A stretch of 64,000 nucleotides of DNA, taken from positions 8,176-72,175 of the forward strand of contig CAZPUL010000002.1 of the NCBI GenBank assembly GCA_964589735.1, read 5' to 3'. Shown here piece after piece: positions 44,781-53,249 of the stretch. The number at the start of each line of letters is the position of its first letter. Positions within the stretch are counted from its first letter, which is position 1. Source of the stretch: an uncultured Verrucomicrobiota bacterium (lineage in GTDB: Bacteria; Verrucomicrobiota; Verrucomicrobiia; Limisphaerales; JAEYXS01). Under the pieces are notes generated by a model. The model searched no databases. It was not told where the DNA came from and saw nothing but the letters and a program-made list of their open reading frames with translations. The translations under genes were made by a program, and so were the position numbers.

Positions 44781-45380
44781 ATGGCTTCATTGCCGCCACC
44801 GCTGAATGAGCTGATCGCGTCGCTGAGCAAGCTGCCGGGCATCGGGCCGCGTTCGGCAGAGCGGCTGGCGCTGCATCTGGTGCAGGCTGATGTGGATGGT
44901 GTGAAACGGCTGGCGCAGGCACTGGTGCAGGCGCGGGAACGGGTGCAGAGCTGCAAGGTGTGCGGGGCGTTGACGGAGGAACAACCGTGCAACATCTGTT
45001 CCGATGACCGGCGCGATGGTTCGATCATTTGTGTGGTGGAGCGGGCGGTGGATATCTTGCCGTTCGAGAAATCGGGCGTGTTCAAGGGCAAGTATCATGT
45101 GCTGGGCGGGCGCATCTCGCCGTTGAACGGCGTGGGACCGGAAGATTTGCGGATCGCGGAACTGGAAGAGCGTGCTGGGGCGGAGGCGATCAAGGAAGTA
45201 ATCCTCGCGCTGGGCACGGATGTGGAAGGGGATGCGACGGGGAACTATCTCTCGAAACGGCTCGCGGCGAAGGGCGTGAAGGTGTCGAGGCTGGCGCAGG
45301 GCTTGCCGGTGGGGAGCGGGTTGGAATTTGCGGATGAACTGACGTTGTCGCGGGCGATGGAGGGGAGGCGAGAAGTATAA
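44781..45380 (+). CDS. recR: Recombination protein RecR
   Basis: 'LPGIGPRSAERLALHL' (HhH), 'CKVCGALTEEQPCNICSD' (zinc finger) and a Toprim region. ATG at 44781. Confidence 0.95.
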   Translation: MASLPPPLNELIASLSKLPGIGPRSAERLALHLVQADVDGVKRLAQALVQARERVQSCKVCGALTEEQPCNICSDDRRDGSIICVVERAVDILPFEKSGVFKGKYHVLGGRISPLNGVGPEDLRIAELEERAGAEAIKEVILALGTDVEGDATGNYLSKRLAAKGVKVSRLAQGLPVGSGLEFADELTLSRAMEGRREV

Positions 45381-45452
45381 GGGAAACGTCCAACATCGAA
45401 CTTCCAACGTCCAACATCGAAAGAGGAAAGTTAGAGCCTCGTGCCTCGGCTG
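45378..45452. repeat. Repeat family V, copy 2 (begins at the recR stop codon)
   Basis: 'TAAGGGAAACGTCCAACATCGAACTTCCAACGTCCAACATCGAAAGAGGAAAGTTAGAGCCTCGTGCCTCGGCTG'. Confidence 0.75.
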
Positions 45453-45543
45453 GAAAAGGGCGGCGCGCTGAGGACAGCGACGCCCTACCATCAATAAAAT
45501 TTCGAGGACGACGACGAGAACGAGGACGATTACGAATTGAACC

Positions 45544-46152
45544 ATGAACAAACCATCCGTTGTTGTCTTTGATTTGGGGAAGGTGCTGCTGGATTTTGAT
45601 TATGGCATTATGACGCGGCAGTTGGAGCCGTTGTGCCGCATCAAGGGGACGGAACTGAAGCAGGTCATCGACCAGTCGCCGTTGCTGCATGAGTATGAGA
45701 CGGGGCTCATCAGCACGCCGGAGTTGTTCGAGGTGTTCGTGCAGCGGACGGGTTATGCGGGGAGTCTGGCGGAATTTGGGGCGGCCTTCGCGGACATTTT
45801 CACGGAGATTCCTGAGATGGTGGAGCTGCATGCGCGATTGCATCAGAGCGGGGTGCCGACGTTCATCTTTTCCAATACGAACGAGCTGGCGGTGGGGCAT
45901 GTGCGGCGGCAGTTTGGTTTCTTCGCGAACTTCACTGGTTACGTTTTTTCCCATGAGGTGCGGGCGATGAAGCCGGCAGCGAAGATCTACGAGGCGGTGG
46001 AGTCGATGACCGGCAAGCGCGGGGCGGAGATCCTTTACATCGATGACCGGAAGGAGAATGTGGAGGCGGGGGAAGCGCGCGGGTGGCATACGGTGTTTCA
46101 TCAGCACCCGCACGAGACGCGAAAGGTGGTGGCGGGGCATGGGCTGGTTTAA
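45544..46152 (+). CDS. HAD-superfamily hydrolase (subfamily IA-like)
   Basis: 'VVVFDLGKVLLDFD' (DxG variant of motif I), 'IFSNTN' and 'LYIDDRKENV'. Confidence 0.75.
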   Translation: MNKPSVVVFDLGKVLLDFDYGIMTRQLEPLCRIKGTELKQVIDQSPLLHEYETGLISTPELFEVFVQRTGYAGSLAEFGAAFADIFTEIPEMVELHARLHQSGVPTFIFSNTNELAVGHVRRQFGFFANFTGYVFSHEVRAMKPAAKIYEAVESMTGKRGAEILYIDDRKENVEAGEARGWHTVFHQHPHETRKVVAGHGLV

Positions 46153-46166
46153 CTGATCGGGGAATA

Positions 46167-46193
46167 AACCACGGAGACACTGAGAGCACGGAG
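46167..46193 (+). repeat. Family T repeat, copy 4
   Basis: 'AACCACGGAGACACTGAGAGCACGGAG', 14 nt after the HAD stop. Confidence 0.7.
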
Positions 46194-46249
46194 CGGGAAG
46201 AGTTTTTGCCGCCGGGGCAGTCGTGGAACGCGTCCTTACCATGCGTGGG

Positions 46250-46585
46250 TTAGTGTGGCCGCATCTTGATTGAAGCCTGTTGCTTTTGCGTCTGTTCACA
46301 TTGGGCGCAGACATAGATGCGGGCTTTGGTTTGGCCGTGGAGGTTGAGGCTGGTGGCGGGGAGGCAATCGCCAGGGTGGGGGTATTGGGTCAGGCGACGT
46401 TTCCATTCGCCTTGTTGGGCTTCGGCTTTGCTCATGGGAATCATGCCGTAGGCGATGGGCACGGTGCGCTTGGTCATGGTGAGTTGGTGGACTTCGCAGG
46501 TGGCGGATTCTGTCTTGGTGTAATCGGGTGTGGTGTGGCAGGCGGTGAGGAGGAGGAGCGGGGCGAGGAATAAGATGCGGTGCAT
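46250..46585 (-). CDS. Small lipoprotein, unknown function
   Basis: Lipobox 'LLLTAC' and four further Cys residues (CEVH...GDC...CAQC). Confidence 0.6.
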   Translation of the reverse strand: MHRILFLAPLLLLTACHTTPDYTKTESATCEVHQLTMTKRTVPIAYGMIPMSKAEAQQGEWKRRLTQYPHPGDCLPATSLNLHGQTKARIYVCAQCEQTQKQQASIKMRPH

Positions 46586-46660
46586 GAAGGTTGGACGGGA
46601 AAGGTTGGGGTTTGCTCTGGTGGAATAAACGAGAGTTTAAGGGTTAATGATGAGGGCGGT

Positions 46661-46755
46661 CGTCCGCCCCATCCGGGGCGGGGTGGCTGCATGGCGGTTT
46701 ACCACCAGTTCCCGTTGGTCACTGGTGGCTACTGGCGTTGGCCCCGTTCGGGGCC
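46661..46755. repeat. Three-hairpin module X, copy 1
   Basis: CCGCCCC-ATCC-GGGGCGG; CCACCAGT-TCCCGTTGGTC-ACTGGTGG; GGCCCC-GTTC-GGGGCC. Near-identical to 48320..48413. Confidence 0.8.
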
Positions 46756-46770
46756 ATGTGTGAGTGGAGC

Positions 46771-46835
46771 TTTTGCGGGAGATTGGCCTGATGGTGCTCA
46801 GGGGTATTGCTGCCGGCGAGACGCCGGCGCTCCGG
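46771..46835. repeat. Hairpin repeat family Y, copy 2 (uninterrupted)
   Basis: 'TTTTGCGGGAGATTGGCCTGATGGTGCTCAGGGGTATTGCTGCCGGCGAGACGCCGGCGCTCCGG'. Confidence 0.8.
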
Positions 46836-46886
46836 GGAGCGGGTGGTTTGCTTGACCGAGGGTGGCGAGTGCATACTGTTTGGCGC

Positions 46887-47984
46887 ATGAAGTTCTCCGC
46901 CTGGTTCGCTGCGTTTGTTATGACGGTTCAGTTTGGTGGTCTGCTGGAGGGGGCGGATACGGCCAAGTCTGCATCGGCAGCTCCGAAGGTTTTGCCGATG
47001 GGGGTGTATCGTGGGGTGAATGAGACGGAGAAGGTGACGGCTTTCGGGCAGTGGACGGGGCAGCCGGTGTGGGGACAGGATTTCATCGGGTGGGAATCGT
47101 GGAGCAACGTCGGGTGGCCGATCTGGTGGCTGGAGAAGTGGAGCAAGTGGGTGCATGAACAGCCCGGGCGGCGGTTCGTGTTCGCGGTGCCGATGCTCAC
47201 CGGTCCCTTGGATGGCAGCGGTCCGAAGAAGGGAGACGTGGGGGTGGGTGAGCCGGTCTCGTTGGAGAAGGGGGCGGCCGGAGCTTATAATATTCACTAC
47301 CAACAGCTCGCGGAGAACCTGGTGAAGCACAAGCTGGCGGACACGATCTTGCGGCCGGGCTGGGAGTTCAACGGCAACTGGTATCCGTGGATGGCAAAGG
47401 GGAAGGAGGCGGCGTTCGCGGAGTATTGGCGGCAGATCGTGAAGACGATGCGGGCGGTGCCGGGCGCGGAGAAGTTGAAGTTTTGCTGGAATCCCACGTT
47501 GCGCCTGGAGCAGTTCCCGGCGGAGAAGGCGTGGCCGGGGGCGGAGTACGTGGATTACATCGGGCTGGATGTGTATGACGAGTCGTGGCAGGAGGGCAGC
47601 TATGCGTGGCCAGCGGGCACTCCGGCCGCGGAGATCGAGGCGCGGCAGCGCAAGGTGTGGGAGAAGGAGATCCTCAACGGCGATCATGGGCTGGCTTTCT
47701 GGAGCAAATTCGCACGCGAACAGAAACGGCCCTTGGCCATCTGCGAGTGGGGCGTGAAGAAGCGCCCAACGGGACATGGCGGGACGGACAATCCGCATTT
47801 CGTGGAGCAGATGCACCGGTTCATGAATGACGCGCAGAACAACGTGGCGTTTCACTGCTACTTCGATTTCAACTGCGAACCGCCGGACGGGCATCACCAG
47901 CTTTCACCAGGGGCGAAGGGCGAGTATGAGTTCCCGAAGTCATCGGTGAAGTTTTTGGAGCTGTTCGGGAAGAAGGGGAAATAA
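46887..47984 (+). CDS. Glycoside hydrolase family 26-like (beta-mannanase fold) secreted protein
   Basis: ATG at 46887 with a signal peptide. 'RPGWEFNGNWYPW' (acid/base Glu context) and 'LAICEWGV' (nucleophile Glu context). Confidence 0.7.
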   Translation: MKFSAWFAAFVMTVQFGGLLEGADTAKSASAAPKVLPMGVYRGVNETEKVTAFGQWTGQPVWGQDFIGWESWSNVGWPIWWLEKWSKWVHEQPGRRFVFAVPMLTGPLDGSGPKKGDVGVGEPVSLEKGAAGAYNIHYQQLAENLVKHKLADTILRPGWEFNGNWYPWMAKGKEAAFAEYWRQIVKTMRAVPGAEKLKFCWNPTLRLEQFPAEKAWPGAEYVDYIGLDVYDESWQEGSYAWPAGTPAAEIEARQRKVWEKEILNGDHGLAFWSKFAREQKRPLAICEWGVKKRPTGHGGTDNPHFVEQMHRFMNDAQNNVAFHCYFDFNCEPPDGHHQLSPGAKGEYEFPKSSVKFLELFGKKGK

Positions 47985-48051
47985 AGCTCAAAATCCCAAG
48001 TTCAAAGTTCAAAAGAAGTTCCAATTGGGGCAAGGGTTTTTTGGCGGAGGG

Positions 48052-48294
48052 CTTTTTGCGAAATTGATCTGATGGTGCTTAGAGCGGTTTTAAAAATGAG
48101 GTAGCGGAGTGGTGGGAGAGAAAAGGTAAGCGGTCTTTTTGGGTTCTGGCGTCGGTTCGGCTCAGTCACAGGGTCCATGGAACCTGCTCCTTCGCCAAAG
48201 CCTCGCCAGAACCCAAAAATCCGCGCTCCACTCCGCTACATCATTTTTAAAAACGCTCTAGGGGTGTTGCTGCCGGCGGGACGCCGGCGCTCCG
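48052..48294. repeat. Hairpin repeat family Y, copy 3, split by the MITE insertion
   Basis: Left half '...CTGATGGTGCT' (to 48079) and right half 'GGGGTGTTGCTGCCGGCGGGACGCCGGCGCTCCG' (from 48261). Confidence 0.8.
48080..48260. mobile_element. Foldback MITE copy B (element 48082..48258 flanked by TA/TA), inserted in a Y repeat
   Basis: TIRs GAGCGGTTTTAAAAAT / ATTTTTAAAAACGCTC. Its core matches copy A. Confidence 0.8.
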
Positions 48295-48319
48295 TGGCGA
48301 TGGGATGATTTGTGAGCTT

Positions 48320-48413
48320 CGTCCGCCCCATTCGGGGCGGTGCATGGTTATCCGATTTACCACCAGTTCCCGTTGGTCACTGGTGGCTACTGGCGGTGGC
48401 CCCGTTCGGGGCC
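48320..48413. repeat. Three-hairpin module X, copy 2
   Basis: It has the same three hairpins as 46661..46755. Differences are confined to the loop of hairpin 1 and the linkers. Confidence 0.8.
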
Positions 48414-48588
48414 GGGAGGGAAGGCGTCGGGTCGGGTGTGTGAACTTGGTGCTACGGCGGGCGTGCTCAACTGCCGGCCCCGAGCCGGATGTCGGGGCAC
48501 GGGTGGCGTGCTTCGCGTCACAGCCCCAGACCTCACCCGTTTGGAATCAGACCCGGAAGGGGGGCTTGGCCCGCCAAAGGACGCCAAA

Positions 48589-48777
48589 TAGGGAGGGAAA
48601 AGGGAGTGTCGCGCCTCCAGCTCAACGCCGGGGTGAAATTTGACCAATCACCGCGAATTATTTTTAGGAGAAATGCGGTTTTTGACGGTTTTCCATTTCT
48701 AACATTCTTATTATGAGCGGGTTATGATATTCCAAAATATTTTTAACAGAGAGGGAGGTAGGACAGCGGATGTCCTA
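48589..48777 (+). repeat. ~190-bp AT-rich intergenic element Z, copy 2
   Basis: See 39136..39335. Confidence 0.75.
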
Positions 48778-49042
48778 GTGCCCTGGGTATGATACCGGCA
48801 TGAAAGATGAAAAAGGGAGTTTTTGGAGGGCAGCAGGGGGAAGCCGCGAAAATGTGGCTGATGAGGCAAAATTTAGCCGTAACCTAATGAGGAAGCCAGA
48901 ACGTCTAATGGGAGAACATATCCCTTGCGTGTTTGGGGCGGTTGCGGTGTTATTTGGTCACCGCCTAATTGGAATACGCAGCAGGATTAACGTTAATCTG
49001 CCAGCTTTGCTGTATTGGGAGCGGCAAAAACAGGTTTTTATC

Positions 49043-51772
49043 ATGAGTAAAGCCAGTCAATTTTGGTCGCAGGTCGTGACCTTGCTCGTCTCATTTTCTT
49101 TCATCGCGCCGCTGGCCGCTGCGCCGGCTGCCAAGTTGCCGACGGCGGGTGAGCGCTGGGTCAGTATGGAGAAGGCGGAGGTGCCGAGTTTTCGCCGGCA
49201 TGTGGTTCCCTTGATGAGCCGGTCAGGCTGCAGTGGTCGTGAGTGCCACGGATCGTTTGCCGGTCAGGGTGGATTCCAACTTTCGCTCTTTGGTTACGAC
49301 TTCGAGAAGGATCACCATGAGATCACGGCGGACAAGGAAGATGGCATCCGGATTGAAAAGGAAAATCCCGCGCAGAGCCTGGTACTCCTGAAAGCGACGA
49401 ATGAGGAGAAGCACAAAGGCAAGGAACGCATCAAGAAGGGTTCTTGGGAATATAACCTGTTGCTGAAATGGATCGCGGAAGGCGCGAAGATCGATGTGGC
49501 CGAGACGGGCGAATTCGACCGGTTGGAGATCCAGCCGAAGGAGATCGTTTTCAAGAAGACGGGTGAAGCGGTGCAGCTCAAGGTGCTGGCACATTGGAAA
49601 GACGGCACGGTGGAGGATGTGACGCAGATCACGCGCTTCCGCACGAATGATGACACGGTCTCGAATGTCTCGGACACAGGTGAAGTGAAATGCTCCGGTC
49701 CTGGCGACACGCACATCGTGGCGTTTTACGACAACGGTGTGCTGCCCATCCCGGTGATGTTGCCGGTGAGCGACAAAGTGGGGCCGAAGTATCCGAAAGT
49801 GGTGACGCGCACACCGGTGGATGAGCTGGTGGTGAACAAGCTGCGCAAGGTGGGCATCGTGCCCTCCGATGTGGCGGGTGATACGGAGTTCCTGCGCCGG
49901 GTGAGCCTGGATGTGACGGGTACGCTCCCGACACCTTCTGAGATCCGGGAATTCGTGGCGGATAAATCATCCGACAAACGGGCGAAGAAGATCGATGAAT
50001 TGCTGAACCGTCCGGCTTACGCCGCATGGTGGGCGACGCAGATGTGTGATTGGACCGGAAACAATGCGGCGCAGCTACGTGGCGCAGGGGAGAAGGATTA
50101 CAACAACGAACTGTCCCGCCTGTGGTACGACTGGATCGAGTCGCGCGTGGCGAAGAACGAGCCGTATGACAAGCTGGTGGCGGGCATCGTACTCGCGACG
50201 GGCCGCACGAGCCAGGATCAATCTTATGAGGATTACGCCCGCGAGATGTCTTCCTATCTGAAGAAGGAGAATCCGGCGGACATCGCGGACCGGCCGAACA
50301 TGCCGTTCTTCTGGTTGCGCCAAAATGTCAAGAAACCGCAGGAGAAGGCGCTGGCCTTCGCGCACAGCTTCCTGGGTGTGCGCATCGAGTGCGCCGAGTG
50401 CCACAAGCATCCGTTTGATCAATGGACGAAGACGGATTTCATGCAGTTCCAGGCGTTTTTTGAGCCGATCACTTACGGCGGGCGCAAAGACAAGGAGGGC
50501 GTCACCTATGCCAGCATGGTGACCAAGCTGCGCGAGATGATCGGCGAAGTGGACAAGCGCGAGCAGAAGAAGAAGATGGAGGCGGAATTTGAAAAATTGG
50601 TGCGGGCAGGTGAACCGGCCCCGTGGCAGGAGCTGTATGTGAACCAGGTCGCGACGCGCAAGCTTTCGGACAAGGACATCGCCCGCATCAAGGCGAAGAA
50701 CCCTAACTACAACAGTCGCGTGGCCACGCCGAAGATCCTGGGCGGCGAGGAAGTCTCGCTCACGGATTATCCCGATCCGCGCGCGCCCTTGATGGAGTGG
50801 ATGCGTGATCCGGAGAATGCGTATTTCGCCCGGGCTTTCGTGAATCGCGTGTGGGCGAATTATTTCGGGCGCGGCATCGTGGAGCCGGCCGATGACATGA
50901 ACCTGGCGAACCCGCCGGTGAACAAGGAATTGATGGATTACCTGGCCACGCAATTCGCCGCGAAGGGCTATGACATGAAGTGGTTGCATCGCGAGATCTT
51001 GAACAGCGACACGTATCAGCGCACATGGAAGCCAAATGACACGAACCGGCTGGATGAAAAGAATTTCAGCCACATGGTGCTGCGGCGTCTGCCGGCCGAG
51101 GTGGCGATGGACGCGATCACGATGGCGACGGCTTCGAGCCGGGACCAGTCCACCTTTGCGGGCAACATCGAGAAGCGGGCGATCGGGCCGATGGCGGCCA
51201 TTGGCACGCGCAAGGGCTTGAGCAGTTATTCGCTGACGACCTTTGGCAAGCCGGCACGGCTGACGAATTGCGATTGTGAACGCACGGCTGACCCGACGTT
51301 GTTGCAAACGCTTTTCACACGGAACGATCCGGAGTTGCTGACCAAGCTGGAGGGTGGTTCGAAAGACAGCGCATGGATCAGTGAATTGCGCAATCAGAAC
51401 GCCGGACCAGAAGTGAAAAAGGCGACGGATGAACTGCGCAAAACCCGAGCCACACGGGATAACTTGAGGAAACGGAAACAGATGCACATCGAGAAGGGGA
51501 CGGCGACGGAAACGGTGCTGAAACAGGTGGAGGCGCAGATCGCCGCGACGGAAGAGAAAGAGAAACAACTGGTGGTCACGACGAAGCCGCCGGCCATCAA
51601 TCAGGATGAAATCATCACGGAGATTTATTTGCGCACAGTAAGCCGTTTCCCGACAGCGGCAGAACTGAAGCTGGCCAAGGAGGACTTGGCCGCGGCGAAA
51701 GACCCGGTGGATGGCGTGCGCGACGTCCTGTGGGCGATGCTGAATGCGCGTGAATTTTTGGTGAATCACTAA
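49043..51772 (+). CDS. DUF1549 + DUF1553 domain protein (PSD1-type, PVC-typical)
   Basis: ATG at 49043 with signal 'LLVSFSFIAPLAAAPA'. 'SRSGCSGRECHGSFAGQGGFQLSLFGYD' and 'ECAECHKHPFDQW'. Long DUF1553-like C-terminal half. Confidence 0.85.
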   Translation: MSKASQFWSQVVTLLVSFSFIAPLAAAPAAKLPTAGERWVSMEKAEVPSFRRHVVPLMSRSGCSGRECHGSFAGQGGFQLSLFGYDFEKDHHEITADKEDGIRIEKENPAQSLVLLKATNEEKHKGKERIKKGSWEYNLLLKWIAEGAKIDVAETGEFDRLEIQPKEIVFKKTGEAVQLKVLAHWKDGTVEDVTQITRFRTNDDTVSNVSDTGEVKCSGPGDTHIVAFYDNGVLPIPVMLPVSDKVGPKYPKVVTRTPVDELVVNKLRKVGIVPSDVAGDTEFLRRVSLDVTGTLPTPSEIREFVADKSSDKRAKKIDELLNRPAYAAWWATQMCDWTGNNAAQLRGAGEKDYNNELSRLWYDWIESRVAKNEPYDKLVAGIVLATGRTSQDQSYEDYAREMSSYLKKENPADIADRPNMPFFWLRQNVKKPQEKALAFAHSFLGVRIECAECHKHPFDQWTKTDFMQFQAFFEPITYGGRKDKEGVTYASMVTKLREMIGEVDKREQKKKMEAEFEKLVRAGEPAPWQELYVNQVATRKLSDKDIARIKAKNPNYNSRVATPKILGGEEVSLTDYPDPRAPLMEWMRDPENAYFARAFVNRVWANYFGRGIVEPADDMNLANPPVNKELMDYLATQFAAKGYDMKWLHREILNSDTYQRTWKPNDTNRLDEKNFSHMVLRRLPAEVAMDAITMATASSRDQSTFAGNIEKRAIGPMAAIGTRKGLSSYSLTTFGKPARLTNCDCERTADPTLLQTLFTRNDPELLTKLEGGSKDSAWISELRNQNAGPEVKKATDELRKTRATRDNLRKRKQMHIEKGTATETVLKQVEAQIAATEEKEKQLVVTTKPPAINQDEIITEIYLRTVSRFPTAAELKLAKEDLAAAKDPVDGVRDVLWAMLNAREFLVNH

Positions 51773-51784
51773 ACGGAAAACTTT

Positions 51785-53083
51785 ATGGCTAACCACTCCT
51801 ATTGTGACGGCGTCAACCGCCGCGACTTCCTGCGTGTCGGTGCCCTGGCGGGCATCGGCTTGAGCCTGCCGAACTTCCTGCAACTCCAGGCGCAGGGCGG
51901 CGTCACGCCCGCGAAGGGCAAGGCGGCCATCTACGTGCGGCTCTCGGGCGGTCCGAGCCACATGGACACGTTCGATCTCAAGCCGGACGCGCCTGATACG
52001 CATCGCGGCGAGTTCAAGGAGATCGCGACGAATGTGCCCGGCGTGCGCATCAGCGAGCATCTGCCGAAGCTGGCGCAGTGCGCAGACAAGTACACGATCT
52101 TGCGCGGGGTGAGTCATACACTTGCGGCCCATGAACTGGGCAGCGCCTACATGATGACGGGCAATCGCCCGATCGCCTCGCTGCGTTATCCTTCCTACGG
52201 TTCCGTGGTCGCGCGGGAGATGAGCGCGCCAGAATACTTGCCGCCGTTCGTGGCTATCCCGAGCCAGGGTAACTATGCCACGGGTTTCATGGGGCCGGAG
52301 TTTGGGCCGTTCGAGACGGGTTCTGCGCCGACGGCGGGGCGTGCGCTTGAGGTGCGCGGCCTGGCCTTGCGCAACGGCGTGACGCTGGAAGACGTCGATC
52401 GCCGCCAGAACTTGGTGAAGCGTTATGACACGGCCTTTGGCGAGTTCGCGAAGGAGGACAAATTACTCGCGGGCATGGACCAGTTCGGCCAGAAGGCGTA
52501 CGAGATGATGCGCTCGGAGAAGTCGCGCGAGGCGTTCGATTTGCGCAAGGAATCGGAGAACATCACGAAGCTGTTCGGCGCGGACCAGTTCTCGCAGAGC
52601 TGTCTGCTGGCGACACGGCTGGTGGAATCCGGCGTGCGGTTTGTCACCGTGACCCTCGGCGGCTGGGATACGCATGACCAGAATTTTGCGAAGCTGAAGG
52701 ATAAGAACCTGCCGACGCTCGATGCGGGTCTCTCAGGCCTTTTCCTCGCGCTCGCAGCGAAGGGTTTGCTCGATACGACGTCGGTGTTCGTGACGGGTGA
52801 GTTCGGTCGCACGCCGAAGATCAATGCACGTGGCGGACGCGATCACTATCCGCGCGCGATGTTCTGTCTGCTCGCCGGTGGTGGCATCCAGGGCGGACGC
52901 GTGATTGGCGAATCTGATGCGAAGGGTGAAGGCCCGAAGGACAAGGCCATCACGCCGGATGACGTGGCGGCCACGTACTATCACTCGCTGGGTATCAATC
53001 CGACGAAGGAGTATCATACGCCGAGCGGACGTCCGGTGATGATCGTGCGTTACGGCAAGGTGATGAACGAGTTGTTTGCCTGA
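51785..53083 (+). CDS. DUF1501 domain protein (sulfatase-like fold) with Tat signal
   Basis: 'NRRDFLRVGALAG', 'GGWDTHDQNF' and 'TGEFGRTPKINARGGRDHYP'. It starts 13 nt after the DUF1553 gene. Confidence 0.85.
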   Translation: MANHSYCDGVNRRDFLRVGALAGIGLSLPNFLQLQAQGGVTPAKGKAAIYVRLSGGPSHMDTFDLKPDAPDTHRGEFKEIATNVPGVRISEHLPKLAQCADKYTILRGVSHTLAAHELGSAYMMTGNRPIASLRYPSYGSVVAREMSAPEYLPPFVAIPSQGNYATGFMGPEFGPFETGSAPTAGRALEVRGLALRNGVTLEDVDRRQNLVKRYDTAFGEFAKEDKLLAGMDQFGQKAYEMMRSEKSREAFDLRKESENITKLFGADQFSQSCLLATRLVESGVRFVTVTLGGWDTHDQNFAKLKDKNLPTLDAGLSGLFLALAAKGLLDTTSVFVTGEFGRTPKINARGGRDHYPRAMFCLLAGGGIQGGRVIGESDAKGEGPKDKAITPDDVAATYYHSLGINPTKEYHTPSGRPVMIVRYGKVMNELFA

Positions 53084-53103
53084 GCGGAGAAGAATTCAAG
53101 CGA

Positions 53104-53142
53104 CCCCGGCATTGCGCGAGCGGTGCCGGGGTTTTGCTTTTT
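53104..53142 (+). terminator. Rho-independent terminator
   Basis: CCCCGGCA-TTGCGCGAGCGG-TGCCGGGG followed by TTTTGCTTTTT. Confidence 0.75.
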
Positions 53143-53249
53143 CAGAACTGGCAGTGCGACGGGGTTGAAAACACACTCGACACCACCCGCAGGTTTTCCA
53201 CACTGGCCCCCGTCGGAGACGCTGCAACTCGTTTCCGGCGCTGTCACCT

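Noticed and set aside
45190-46314. A 374-aa minus-strand ORF crossing the recR end, repeats and the HAD gene.
   Set aside because: It runs through the intergenic repeat families V and T and is antisense to two supported genes. Its composition is not protein-like.
46580-46855. ORFs at 46580..46855 and 48340..48591 share the peptide 'YHQFPLVTGGYWRWPRSGP', which could suggest a conserved small protein.
   Set aside because: The shared peptide is simply the translation of the X repeat (three GC hairpins). The flanking parts of the two ORFs are unrelated, and the starts are not conserved.
48800-49042. N-terminal extensions offered by the ORF track. Examples are 48800 for the DUF1549 gene, 13505 for ridA, 17888 for the desaturase, 1189 for the PEP-CTERM gene, 46764 for GH26, 35967 for the beta-helix and 61958 for the sulfatase.
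   Set aside because: In each case an internal ATG or GTG is immediately followed by a signal peptide or the conserved N-terminus. The extension runs through repeat or promoter DNA or overlaps a neighbouring gene.
50075-52132. A 685-aa minus-strand ORF spanning the DUF1553/DUF1501 junction.
   Set aside because: It is an antisense shadow ORF of two well-supported + strand genes, with low-complexity Arg-rich composition.
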